This document shows, in pieces, positions 52,921 through 63,072 of a DNA stretch of 64,000 nt (positions are counted from its first letter, which is position 1; each line of letters starts with the position of its first letter). This DNA is from Candidatus Eremiobacteria bacterium (lineage in GTDB: Bacteria; Vulcanimicrobiota; Vulcanimicrobiia; Vulcanimicrobiales; Vulcanimicrobiaceae). The notes under the pieces were generated by a model, which saw nothing but the letters and a program-made list of their open reading frames with translations, did not search any database and had not been told where the DNA came from. The stretch is taken from the NCBI GenBank assembly GCA_963758295.1, contig CAVWUU010000001.1:576001-640000 (forward strand), given 5' to 3'. The translations under genes and the position numbers were made by a program.

Positions 52921-53324
52921 GCGCCGCACTGGACTGGCGCGCTCTTCTTGCAATTCTCGCGGGCGGCGGCATCGGCAGCGTCTTGCGCTATGTGGTCACG
53001 CTCGGCGTGACCCAGCGGCTGGGTCCGGGATTTCCCTACGCCACCCTCATCATCAATGTGACGGGCAGCCTCATCATCGGCATCGTCTTCGAACTCTCGC
53101 AGACCCGTTCGATCGGGATGCCTACGATAATGCGGCTCTTCCTTATGACCGGCATTCTGGGCGGCTACACGACCTTTTCGACTTTTTCTCTCGACATCGC
53201 TTTGCTCGCCGGGGAACGCGCGATACTGCTTTCATTCTTATATGCGGCCGGCAGCGTCGTACTAGGATTGGCAGCCGCGGCCACCGGCATCGTCGCGGTG
53301 CGTTCGTTCAATTTCCATGCGTAA
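52917..53324 (+). CDS. crcB: Fluoride channel Fluc/CrcB
   Basis: GG.IGSVLRY, FPYATL.INV.GS, GILGGYTTFSTF. Confidence 0.93.
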   Translation: MSAALDWRALLAILAGGGIGSVLRYVVTLGVTQRLGPGFPYATLIINVTGSLIIGIVFELSQTRSIGMPTIMRLFLMTGILGGYTTFSTFSLDIALLAGERAILLSFLYAAGSVVLGLAAAATGIVAVRSFNFHA

Positions 53325-53426
53325 CTCCGCATTTCTCCGCGGTCTGATACATCTTTGATTGTATGCGCGCAGGAAATCACACGCGTGCATGGGACCGCAT
53401 CTCTCTCTAGAGGAGGCTTTTTGTAC

Positions 53427-56400
53427 GTGAATTCACGCTTGATGTGCGCGGCACTCTCGGCTGCGTTGATGGGTGTGCTCGCCGCAGCGCCGGCTTTGGC
53501 GCAAGAGGCATCGCCGTCGCCGTCACCGTCTGCCAAGGCTTCGGTCTCTCCGTCGCCTTCGCCAACGCCCGGTCCGCCTTATGCCAACGCCAAGTGGCGC
53601 GAGATCGGTCCGGCAACGGCCGGCGGACGCGTCGCAGCGGTTGCCGGATCGGCTACCGATCCCAAACTGTACTACATCGGCTCGGGCGGCGGCGGAGTTT
53701 GGAAGTCCGCTAACGGCGGCCAAACGTGGGACGCGGTTTTTGCCGACCAAGCCGTTTCGGCGATCGGCGCGGTGACGATCGACCCGACGAACAACGATAT
53801 CGTCTGGGTTGGCACCGGCGAAGACAATCCGCGCAACGACGTGAGCTACGGCGACGGCGTGTATAAGACGACCGACGGCGGCAAAACTTGGACGAACGTC
53901 GGGCTTGCGGCCACCAAGCAGATTTCACGAATCCTCGTCGACCCGCGCAATCACAATCATGTGATCGTCGGCGCGCAAGGCGACTTGTTCAACGACTCGC
54001 AAGATCGCGGAGTCTACGTGACCGAAGACGGCGGCAAAACGTGGAGCAAGACGCTCTTCGCCGGTCCGCAGAGCGGCGTTTCGGACATGGCGATGGACAC
54101 GCAGGATCCGAACGTGATCTACGCCGGCCTTTGGCAGTTCCAGCGCCGTCCGTGGACGTTCACGAGCGGCGGTTCCGACGACGGATTGTACAAGTCGACC
54201 GACGGCGGCAAAACATGGACGAAACTCACCGGTCACGGACTGCCGACCGACACGACGGGACGTATTGGTCTCGCCGTTGCGCCGAGTGACGGCAATCGCG
54301 TGTACGCGCTGATCGAGTCGCAGCAGGGCATCCTGTGGCGCTCGAACGACGGCGGCAAAAACTGGGAGATGACGTCGAACGACACGCTCGTCGACCAGCG
54401 CCCGTTCTACTTTACCCACATCGCGGTCGATCCGAAAAATCCCGATCGTGTGTACGCGGTGTCGGAGATGACGTCGGTTTCAACCGACGGCGGCAAAAAG
54501 TTCAAGGCGATTGCCGATCAAGTTCACGTGGATTATCACGCGATCTGGATAGCGCCGAACGATCCAAACCGCGTGATCCTCGGTGAAGACGGCGGATATG
54601 CGCTTACGGTCGACGGCGGCCAGAACTTTTTCTTCTCGCAGAACCTGCCGATCGCGCAAGTCTACCGCGTGGGACTCTCCAACGAAAATCCCTATTGGGT
54701 CTGCGCCGGCTTGCAAGATAACAATGCGTGGTGCGCTCCGAACAACTCGCAAGATCCATCGGGCATTCAAAACAAAGCGTGGATCGCTTCGGCCGGCGGC
54801 GACGGCGAATGGGCCGTTCCCGATCCGATCGATCCGAATTACCTTTGGGCCGATTCGGAAAACGGCGTAATCACCGTCATCAACAAACAAACCAAAGACG
54901 GCTGGTTCATTCAGCCTTATCTGCAGCTCGCGGCTGAGGCGTACGACAATCGCCTGGCCAAAGTGCGTTGGAACTGGGAATCGCCGATTGCGTTCGCACC
55001 GTGGAACGGCCACATCGGCTGGATCGGCGGCAACGTGTTGTTCCAAACCGAAGATCGCGGGCTGCATTGGAAGATCATCAGCCCGGATCTAACGCGCAAC
55101 GTCAAAGCGCATCAGGCGCCTTCGGGCGGCCCGATTACACACGACGTTTCGGGCGCTGAAGAGATCGACACGATCCTCGACATCGAAGGCTCGTCGCTGC
55201 GTAAGGGCGAGATCTGGGTGGGTACCGACGATGGCCTGGTGCAGCTGACGCTCGACGGCGGCAAGCACTGGCGCAACGTTACCCCTCCGGGTGGCGCGGA
55301 ATTCGGGCGCTACGCGTCGATTTCGCCTTCACCGATTACCGATGGAACGGCGTACGCCGTTAACGACGGCCACTACACGGGCGACAACAAGCCATACGTG
55401 TTTGTAACGCACGACTACGGCAAACACTGGAGCAGCGTTACAAACGGTCTGCCGGCCGACGAGTGGGCGCGTGGCATTGCTGCCGACATCAAAAACCCGA
55501 GCATCGCGTATCTCGGTACCGAAGAAGGCATCTGGGTTACGTTTGACGGCGGCTCGAAATGGGAGAAGTTTAAGAATAACCTGCCGACGGTTTCCGTACA
55601 CGACCTGCGGATGCAGCGCCAGTTCGACGATCTCGTCATTGCGACGCACGGGCGTTCGGTTTACATCATGGACGACATGACGCCGATTCAAAAGCTGCAA
55701 ACCGCGACGGCACAGGGCACGTATATGTTCCCGATCCGCACCGCGTATCAGTACAACCAGCGTGGTGACGATGAAGGCACGTACACGAACTACGCGGCGG
55801 AAAATCCGCCGGGCGGCGTGATCGTCAACTACTATCAAAAGACGCCGGAGAAGACCGCGCCGAAACTCGACATTCTCGACGATCGCGGCCGCGTGATTCG
55901 TACGTATCAAGGAACGCATAAAGTCGGCGGTGAGGAAAAGCCCTGGATTCCGAACGAAACCGGTCTGAACCGGTTCGTGTGGGATTACACGACCCAAGGT
56001 CCCGTAAAGTGGACAGGCGCGGCCAAGGAATCGTATCAAGGTCCCAACGGAGGCCCAGGCGTTCCCCCGGGCAGCTACAGCGCGCGCTTGACGATCGGCA
56101 AGCATACCTTCCTGCAGCACTTCGTCGTGAAAGCCGATCCGCACACGCTTTACACGCAATCGCAATTGGTCGCTGCGTACGAGATCTCGAAGCGAGGTGA
56201 AGACCTCTTCTCGGAAGTCGACACGATGCTGAACAATCTGGACTCCGTACAAAAGGCCATCGATTCGGCAACTGCTGCCGCGAAGAAAGCCAATAACAAC
56301 GATGCAACCACGAAACTCGGCGCCGTTGTCGCGGCCAAGAAAGACCTGTTCAGTTTCTTGACGGCCGACTATCACAACGACGAAGACTCGATCCAACGTC

Positions 56401-56612
56401 CGGGCGCGCTGCGCGAGGATCTGCAAGGGCTGCAGTTCTTCGGTGGAACGGTCGTGACGCCGGCACTGCAAGAGTACTATAACCGCGTGCAAGCCGAGCT
56501 CCGTCAGGGTATCTCCAAGTATAACGACTTCGTTTCCAAACAAATGCCGGGGCTCAACGATACGCTCAAGGCGCTCAATGAAAAACCGGTGACCATCAGC
56601 CCCGTACACTAA
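53427..56612 (+). CDS. Secreted VPS10/BNR-repeat protein, paralog 2
   Basis: AGGAGG RBS, signal peptide, SPSP linker, WREIGP..GGR, Asp-boxes, HVDYH, THGRS. Confidence 0.85.
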   Translation: MNSRLMCAALSAALMGVLAAAPALAQEASPSPSPSAKASVSPSPSPTPGPPYANAKWREIGPATAGGRVAAVAGSATDPKLYYIGSGGGGVWKSANGGQTWDAVFADQAVSAIGAVTIDPTNNDIVWVGTGEDNPRNDVSYGDGVYKTTDGGKTWTNVGLAATKQISRILVDPRNHNHVIVGAQGDLFNDSQDRGVYVTEDGGKTWSKTLFAGPQSGVSDMAMDTQDPNVIYAGLWQFQRRPWTFTSGGSDDGLYKSTDGGKTWTKLTGHGLPTDTTGRIGLAVAPSDGNRVYALIESQQGILWRSNDGGKNWEMTSNDTLVDQRPFYFTHIAVDPKNPDRVYAVSEMTSVSTDGGKKFKAIADQVHVDYHAIWIAPNDPNRVILGEDGGYALTVDGGQNFFFSQNLPIAQVYRVGLSNENPYWVCAGLQDNNAWCAPNNSQDPSGIQNKAWIASAGGDGEWAVPDPIDPNYLWADSENGVITVINKQTKDGWFIQPYLQLAAEAYDNRLAKVRWNWESPIAFAPWNGHIGWIGGNVLFQTEDRGLHWKIISPDLTRNVKAHQAPSGGPITHDVSGAEEIDTILDIEGSSLRKGEIWVGTDDGLVQLTLDGGKHWRNVTPPGGAEFGRYASISPSPITDGTAYAVNDGHYTGDNKPYVFVTHDYGKHWSSVTNGLPADEWARGIAADIKNPSIAYLGTEEGIWVTFDGGSKWEKFKNNLPTVSVHDLRMQRQFDDLVIATHGRSVYIMDDMTPIQKLQTATAQGTYMFPIRTAYQYNQRGDDEGTYTNYAAENPPGGVIVNYYQKTPEKTAPKLDILDDRGRVIRTYQGTHKVGGEEKPWIPNETGLNRFVWDYTTQGPVKWTGAAKESYQGPNGGPGVPPGSYSARLTIGKHTFLQHFVVKADPHTLYTQSQLVAAYEISKRGEDLFSEVDTMLNNLDSVQKAIDSATAAAKKANNNDATTKLGAVVAAKKDLFSFLTADYHNDEDSIQRPGALREDLQGLQFFGGTVVTPALQEYYNRVQAELRQGISKYNDFVSKQMPGLNDTLKALNEKPVTISPVH

Positions 56613-56639
56613 ATCATAGTCGTGGAGGACTAGACTTAA

Positions 56640-59600
56640 GTGAAACTACGCTCGCGCGCAGCGTGTCGTTTTAACGACGGCTGCGCTGCTGGCGCCTCTT
56701 GCTGCCTCGGCCGCGGAAGCGCCATATGCCAATCTCTCATGGCGGGAAATCGGTCCCGCACTCTCCGGCGGACGCATCGCCGGCGTTGCGGGAACCCCGC
56801 AAGACGACAAACTCTACTACGTTGCAACGGCCGGCGGCGGCGCGTGGAAGACTGAAAACGGCGGTGCTACGTGGGCGCCGGTTTTCGACGGACACGATGT
56901 CTCGGCAATGGGCGCCGTTGCAATCGATCCGAAGAACGAAAACGTCGTTTATCTCGGAACCGGCGAAAGCAATCCGCGTAACGACGTTAGCTACGGCGAC
57001 GGTCTGTACAAGACGACCGACGGCGGGAAGCATTGGGCCAATGTCGGCCTAGCAAAGACGCGTCACATTTCGCGGATCGCCATAGATCCGCAAGATCCAA
57101 ATCACGTCGTTGTCAGCGCGCAAGGCGACGTCTACGCCGATTCGCCCGATCGCGGCGTCTACGTGACGTTCGACGGCGGCAAGACATGGAGTCAATCGCT
57201 CTACGTCGGTCCGAAGAGCGGCGCAAGCGATGTTGCGATGGATCCGCGTGCATCCAAACGTCGTCTATACCGGCATCTGGGAATTCCGCCGGCAGCCTTG
57301 GACGTTCACGAGCGGCGGCCCGGACGACGGCTTGTATAAGTCGACCGACGGCGGCCGTCACTTCACGAAACTCAGCGGACATGGATTGCCCACGGGCGAT
57401 ACCGGACGCATTGGTCTGGCCGTATCGCAATCGAATCCGAATCGCGTTTATGCCCTAATCGAGGCCAAGGGCGGTATTCTGTGGCGCAGCGACGATGCGG
57501 GCGCTACTTGGAAGATGACAAGCGACGATACCCTCGTCGATCAGCGTCCGTTTTACTTTTCGCATATTAACGTCGATCCGAAAAATCCGAACCATGTGTT
57601 CGCCGTTTCGGAGATGCTCGCCGAAAGCACCGACGGCGGCAAGAAAGTTCAAAGAGGTCGCCGAGGGCGTTCACGTCGACTACCACGCGATGTGGATTGC
57701 GCCCAACGATCCGTCGCGCATGATCGTCGGGTGAAGACGGCGGTTACGCCATTACGCGGGACGCCGGCAAAAACTGGATGTTCTCACGCAATCTCGCCAT
57801 CGGCCAGATCTACCACGTCGGCCTTTCGAATGAGAATCCGTACACGGTGTGTGGCGGCTGGCAAGATAACAACGGCTTCTGCGGTCCGTCGAATTCGCTC
57901 GACAACGAAGGCATCAAGGACGAGCATTGGACCAACGTCATCGGAGGTGACGGCATGTGGGCCGTTCCCGATCCAATCGACCCAAACTTGATATGGACCG
58001 ACCTTCAGGACGGCCGCATTTCCATCTTCAATAAGAAGACGCAGAGCAGCCGCTTCATTCAGCCGTATCAAACGACGTCGCGAAAACACGTTCGACATCC
58101 GCAAGGCGCAGTACCGGTTCAACTGGGATTCGCCGATCGCGTTTGCGCCGTGGGATGGAAACACCGCGTGGTACGGCGGCAACGTCGTGTTCCAAACGAC
58201 GGATCACGGCGAGCACTGGACGCCGGTGAGCCCGGATCTCACGCGCAACATCAAGGCGCATCAAGCACCGGCGGGCGGACCGCTTGCGCTCGACGTTTCG
58301 GGTGCCGAGTACTCCGATACGATTTTGTACATCGAAGGCTCGACGCTGAACAAGGGCGAGATTTGGGTTGGAACGGACGACGGCCTCGTGCAGATGACGC
58401 GTGACGCCGGCGCGCATTGGTCGATCGTGACGCCGCCGGGCACGCCTGAACTCGCGCGCATGGAAGCCACGATTCCCTCACCAATCGTCGCGGGAACGGC
58501 GTATGCAACAGCCGACGATCATCGCTCCGGCAATTATGCGCCGTACGCGTTCGTAACGCACGACTACGGGAAAACGTGGACGAAGATCGTCAACGGCTTG
58601 CCGGCGAATCAGTACGTGCGTACGATTCGTCCCGACCCGCATAACGCGAACATCGTGTATGCAGGCACGGAGAACGGGCTTTTCATCTCGTTCAACGGCG
58701 GAGAGAACTGGGAGAATTTCCGGTTGAATCTTCCGCAGGTGTCCGTACGCGATATTCGCTTTCAGCCGCAGTTCGACGATATCGCGATTGCGACGCACGG
58801 GCGGGCGTTCTGGATATTAGACGACGCATCGTCTTTGCAGCAGCTGGATCAGGCGCAGCGCGCCGGCGTGATGCTTTTCAAGCCGCGCACGTCGTATCAA
58901 TACCACTACCACTCCAACGACGAAGGCGCGTACACGCGTTATGCGGGGACAAATCCGCCCAACGGCGCAATCGTCGATTTCTTCCAAGCAGCGCCGCAGA
59001 AGAGTGCACCGGTCGTGCAAATCCTCGACGCGAGCGGCAAGGTTATCCGCACCGTCAAAGGCTCACATAAAGTCAAAGGTAAGGAACAGCCGAACGTTTC
59101 GAACAAGGCCGGCATCAACCGCTTTGTTTGGGATTTTCACGAAGATGGGCCCACACAGTGGATGGGCGCGGCAAAGGAATCGTATCGCGGTCCACGGTTC
59201 GGCCCAATGGTCGTTCCCGGCACGTACACCGTGCGCATGACGCTCGACGGAAAGACGCTTTCCCAATCGTTCGACGTGAAGCCGGATCCGCGCGATAACT
59301 GGACGCAAGCCGACTATCAAACCGCCTACGAGTTCTCCAAGAAGTACAGCGTGGCGTACGGTAAGATCGACGAAGCGTTGAATAATCTGGATGCTTCGAA
59401 GAAGTCGCTCGCTGCAGCGGCGGCCTCTGCGAAGGGCGATGCGACGCTCGAAGCGGAAATCGCGAACGTTCAGGGCATGCGGGAGGCGGTGTTTGGCACG
59501 TTCACGGCCGACTACCACAACGACGAAGACTCGATCCAGCGTCCGGGACAACTGCGCGAGGATATGCCCAGAACGGGATTCGGGGCGGCTCAACCGCCGA

Positions 59601-59758
59601 CCGCGGAAACGCGGCGTTATGCCGGCGAATTCGATGCCGCTTATGCGGCGGCGTTCGCCAAGTATAACGATTTTGTGACGGCAGCTTCGAAATTGAATTC
59701 GGAGTTGCAGCGCAAAGGCATGAAACCGGTCGAGGGAGCAAAAACAATCGCACCATAG
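56640..59758 (+). pseudogene. VPS10/BNR-repeat protein, paralog 3, broken by five +1 frameshifts (probably an intact gene with sequencing errors)
   Basis: Collinear with paralog 2; frame changes at ~56664, ~57250, ~57645, ~57730 and ~58081; GGAGGA RBS before GTG 56640. Confidence 0.8.
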
Positions 59759-60924
59759 TGTGCGTATCTGAAAAACGTTCCTCGATCTTAGCGCGAAGCG
59801 GGTTCCTCGGAGCGGTGGGTGCTGCGGCACTCCCGCTCTTCGCGGAGCCCGCTCGCGCTTTAGAAGCCGTTCAGCGCGTCGCCGGCACCGGCGGCGCGGT
59901 ATTGCAGGTTCCGACGGGGCTTAGCGGCGCTAATTTACGAGCCGCGACCATTGCCGCGCAGTCGCCGCTCGTTCGTGCGCAAGCGGCAGCCGCGACCGCG
60001 CTTGCGCGTGAAATCGGTGATGCGCGATTGCGCGATGACGTGCTGGCGTTGCTTCACGATCCGCGGCCTCGATACGGGCAACGCTACGCCACGACGGAGT
60101 CGCGCCTGGCGCTACGAGACGCGATGGCTCGCGAAGGATTTGTCGCGGCGAACGCGCCGGTGGACGGACTCTTTCCGCCCATTGCATTAAACGGGCAAAC
60201 GCTGCCGTTTTGGGCGGCGCCCGGTTCGGAGACGACCGGGCATCACAATTATCCCGGCGGCCTTTGCGCGCATGAACTCTTCAACGCCCGTATGGGCGCG
60301 CAGTTCGCGCAAACCTACGACCGGCAGTACTTCGACGGCCGGCGCACGGTGAATCGCGACGTCGCCGTCGCCGCGGCGTTCTACCACGACATCATGAAGA
60401 CCATCGTGTTTCAGTATCGCGACGACGGATCGTTTCTTCCGGAACTTTCTATCGGCGCAACCGGTGGACATCACGTGCTTTCCGGCGCGGAAGCGATCGT
60501 TCGCGGCCGTGACGCGCGATTCGTAACCGTGCTGCTTTCCGCACACGCCGCGCCTTCGTTAGGCGATGAAGCGAAAGTCGTGCTATGGTGCCGCGCCGCA
60601 GCATTGATTGCAGGCGTAGACCCCGTCGAGTATGGGCTAGTAAAGAAGACCACGGACGGGTATGCGCTTGCGTCTTTGCCGCCCATTGAAGCGTTCGTCA
60701 ACCATCTGAGCGACCATGATTTCGTGCTCGCGATCCCGGCCGCAGAGCACGTTGACGAAGCGCTTGCGAGTGCCGCGCCACAATTTGGCGTCGACGCGCG
60801 TGACCCGGCGTCGCTCGCATGGTGGCGTTTGCGCGTGTGCTCTCGCGCCTCGAACATTTCGCTCTATCACGAGCTGACCCGCGGCAACGATGCGTTTATT
60901 TCCGCAGTGCGAAAAGTCTCTTGA
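59758..60924 (+). CDS. Putative exported HD-domain metal-dependent phosphohydrolase
   Basis: HHNYPGGL..H, YHDIMK, GHH, SAH, SDHD; Tat-like N-terminus (RSGFLG...ARA). Confidence 0.65.
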   Translation: MCVSEKRSSILARSGFLGAVGAAALPLFAEPARALEAVQRVAGTGGAVLQVPTGLSGANLRAATIAAQSPLVRAQAAAATALAREIGDARLRDDVLALLHDPRPRYGQRYATTESRLALRDAMAREGFVAANAPVDGLFPPIALNGQTLPFWAAPGSETTGHHNYPGGLCAHELFNARMGAQFAQTYDRQYFDGRRTVNRDVAVAAAFYHDIMKTIVFQYRDDGSFLPELSIGATGGHHVLSGAEAIVRGRDARFVTVLLSAHAAPSLGDEAKVVLWCRAAALIAGVDPVEYGLVKKTTDGYALASLPPIEAFVNHLSDHDFVLAIPAAEHVDEALASAAPQFGVDARDPASLAWWRLRVCSRASNISLYHELTRGNDAFISAVRKVS

Positions 60925-61693
60925 GAAACGCGTCGTGCTTGTACGAACTGCTCTTTCCGAAGTGAACGACGACCAGTTGTTGCGAAGGAACGACGTAGAG
61001 CGCTTGTCCGGCCGAGCCGCTCGCATAAAAAAGATCGGATGGCGCGCCGGCTGCGCCGAGCCACCAGCACAAGCCGTATCTGCCGTTCGCCTCGGAGCCC
61101 TCGAACGCTTCCGCATACTCGTTGCGGTGTTCCATGACATAGGTGCCGTACTTCAACCACTCGCGTGCCGTCAAGAAGGCACCGGTGGGCAGCGGATTGG
61201 TACCGTCGCTGAGGTCGCGCCATTTCGCGATCGCCACGCCGGCCGGTTCCAGCACGCGCTCGTGAAGAAACGCGTGCGGCGTAAGGTCTTTGTTTGCTAG
61301 CCGTTGCGCGAAGTAGCCGCCGAAGACTTGCAGCGGAATTCCGCTGTACGTGAACTTCTCGCCCGGGATCGTTTTCAGCGGCATCGCCATAGCGCGCTCG
61401 TAGCTTGGAACCGCACTGCCGAGCCCGCCGAAGCCGTAGCCGCCGGTCATGTTCAACAGCATGCGAACGGTCACGGTGTCCGTAACGATGTCATCCAGTT
61501 GTAGGAGCTTCTCGCGTTGTGCTTCGAGGGCGGCCACGCCCCAGAAACTCTTCGTTCCGCTATAGAGCGCGTGCGGCGCTTTTGCGGTGTGGCCGTTCGC
61601 ATAGGTTTCGAGTTCGACTTTGCCGTTTCGCTGAACGAGCAAAGCGTGGAGCTCGTGCTTGCCGGCATAGGCAAGTGCGTTTTCAAGGTCCAT
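60896..61693 (-). CDS. Serine hydrolase (beta-lactamase class C-like)
   Basis: YSGTKS (SxxK), LLNMTGG, PGEKFTYS, YASGSAGQ.LYVVP. Confidence 0.85.
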   Translation of the reverse strand: MDLENALAYAGKHELHALLVQRNGKVELETYANGHTAKAPHALYSGTKSFWGVAALEAQREKLLQLDDIVTDTVTVRMLLNMTGGYGFGGLGSAVPSYERAMAMPLKTIPGEKFTYSGIPLQVFGGYFAQRLANKDLTPHAFLHERVLEPAGVAIAKWRDLSDGTNPLPTGAFLTAREWLKYGTYVMEHRNEYAEAFEGSEANGRYGLCWWLGAAGAPSDLFYASGSAGQALYVVPSQQLVVVHFGKSSSYKHDAFLKRLFALRK

Positions 61694-61740
61694 CGGCTGC
61701 GAGATTCGGCTCTCGTTTGGGAAAGCGCTTTTCAAACGAC

Positions 61741-62131
61741 GGCGTGGAGAGCGGCGACCGCGTTTGCGAGGAGCTTGATACCGCTCAGCGGCCGAGCGCC
61801 CGCCGGTTGAGCTCGATCGAGCCGTCACATTTGCGCCGGCGGAAGCATCGTTGCCGGCGCTCTCGTCGCTCCGCAAAGGAGGCGTGGTCGCAATCAACGC
61901 GATTCACCTGGATCGCATGGCCGGATTCGATTACGATTCGCTGTTTTGGGTGAGCGCCGGATTCGCAGTGTCACCAACATGACTGGTGAACACATGCGCG
62001 ATTTTTTGAACCTCGTGGCGTTCGCAGGTATCCGGGCACGCGCGCAGGAGTTCTCCTTGAGGGATGCGGCGGCTGCGCTTCAAGCAGTCCGCGAAGATCG
62101 CGTCGACGGCGCGGCGGTACTCGTGCCGTAG
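61741..62131 (+). pseudogene. Truncated, frameshifted remnant of a Zn-dependent alcohol dehydrogenase
   Basis: ERPPVELDRAVTFAPA..LRKGGVVAINAIH..FDYD, then a -1 shift near 61950 to GERRIRSVTNMT..GAAVLVP; no start codon or catalytic domain. Confidence 0.75.
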
Positions 62132-62140
62132 GAGGTTTGC

Positions 62141-62578
62141 ATGAGCCGGGCATTTGTGAAAGATGACGACAGCGGCCCCGAGCCGGTTCTCGAACGGCCG
62201 GTGACCGACGCGCCCAATTATGTTACCCCGGAAGGGCTGGAGAAGCTCAAGCACGCGCTCGTGCAAGCCGAGGCGTCGAAAAACGACCGTGAAATTCGCT
62301 ACTATCGCGAACGCGTAGAAAGCGCAATTCTGATCGAATCGAAATCCAAAAAAGGAACCGTGTCGTTTGGGGCCACCGTTACGGCGCACGACAACCGCGG
62401 CCGGGCGATACGCGTTAAGATCGTCGGCGAAGACGAAGCCGATCCCGTGCACGGGTCGATCAGCCACGAGTCACCGGTAGCGCAAGCGCTTCTCGAGCAC
62501 TCCGCGGGCGATCGTGTCATCGTGCAACGTCCCGCCGGGCCGATCCAGTACACTATCGACTCGGTTTCATACGACTAG
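62141..62578 (+). CDS. GreA/GreB-family protein, short form
   Basis: MSRAFVK, NYVTPEG, V.FGATV, IVGEDEAD, IS..SPVAQAL. Confidence 0.85.
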   Translation: MSRAFVKDDDSGPEPVLERPVTDAPNYVTPEGLEKLKHALVQAEASKNDREIRYYRERVESAILIESKSKKGTVSFGATVTAHDNRGRAIRVKIVGEDEADPVHGSISHESPVAQALLEHSAGDRVIVQRPAGPIQYTIDSVSYD

Positions 62579-62607
62579 GTGCAAGCCCCGCCGGACGGCG
62601 TTAGACT

Positions 62608-63045
62608 CTAGTGTTTCGGCACGCCCTGACGTGCTAGAAACTGATAGATCTGTCCGCGGAACGTGGCGCTTCCGGAAATAGCATCGCGCTCGATTTTTCC
62701 GTTGAACGTAAAGGTTCCGCCGATTGAAAAGTGGATGTTGTCGCCGTCTACTCCGCCGCTGATGGGAACGTTCACGCGATTTGAGAATGGCGCGTTTGGC
62801 TGGATGGACATGTCGCTATAGGAACCGCTGACGATCCCGTTGTTGAAATTCAAGACAATTCGTCCCGAAAACGGGATGTTGGCGCCAAAAAGTGGTTGGA
62901 AAGCCGCCACGTAATGGACATTTCGCGCGACGCCGGTCGTTTGGACGGCGTTCGCTTGCGGCATGGCGCCGAACGGCATCGCGATAAAGGCCGCGAGGAG
63001 AGCTGCTCGTACTACGATAGAAAGATGGGTGCGTTGTTTCATCAA
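62608..63045 (-). CDS. Hypothetical secreted beta-rich protein
   Basis: Signal peptide; GGAGG upstream on the minus strand. Confidence 0.7.
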   Translation of the reverse strand: MMKQRTHLSIVVRAALLAAFIAMPFGAMPQANAVQTTGVARNVHYVAAFQPLFGANIPFSGRIVLNFNNGIVSGSYSDMSIQPNAPFSNRVNVPISGGVDGDNIHFSIGGTFTFNGKIERDAISGSATFRGQIYQFLARQGVPKH

Positions 63046-63072
63046 TCAACCTCCGTGGACACAAGTGTACCA

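Noticed and set aside
55329..56609. 426-aa minus-strand ORF
   Set aside because: Antisense shadow of VPS10 paralog 2
53600..58800. Recurring GACGGCGGCAA-like DNA motifs as a CRISPR or repeat array
   Set aside because: They encode BNR/Asp-box protein repeats, are irregularly spaced and lie in coding sequence
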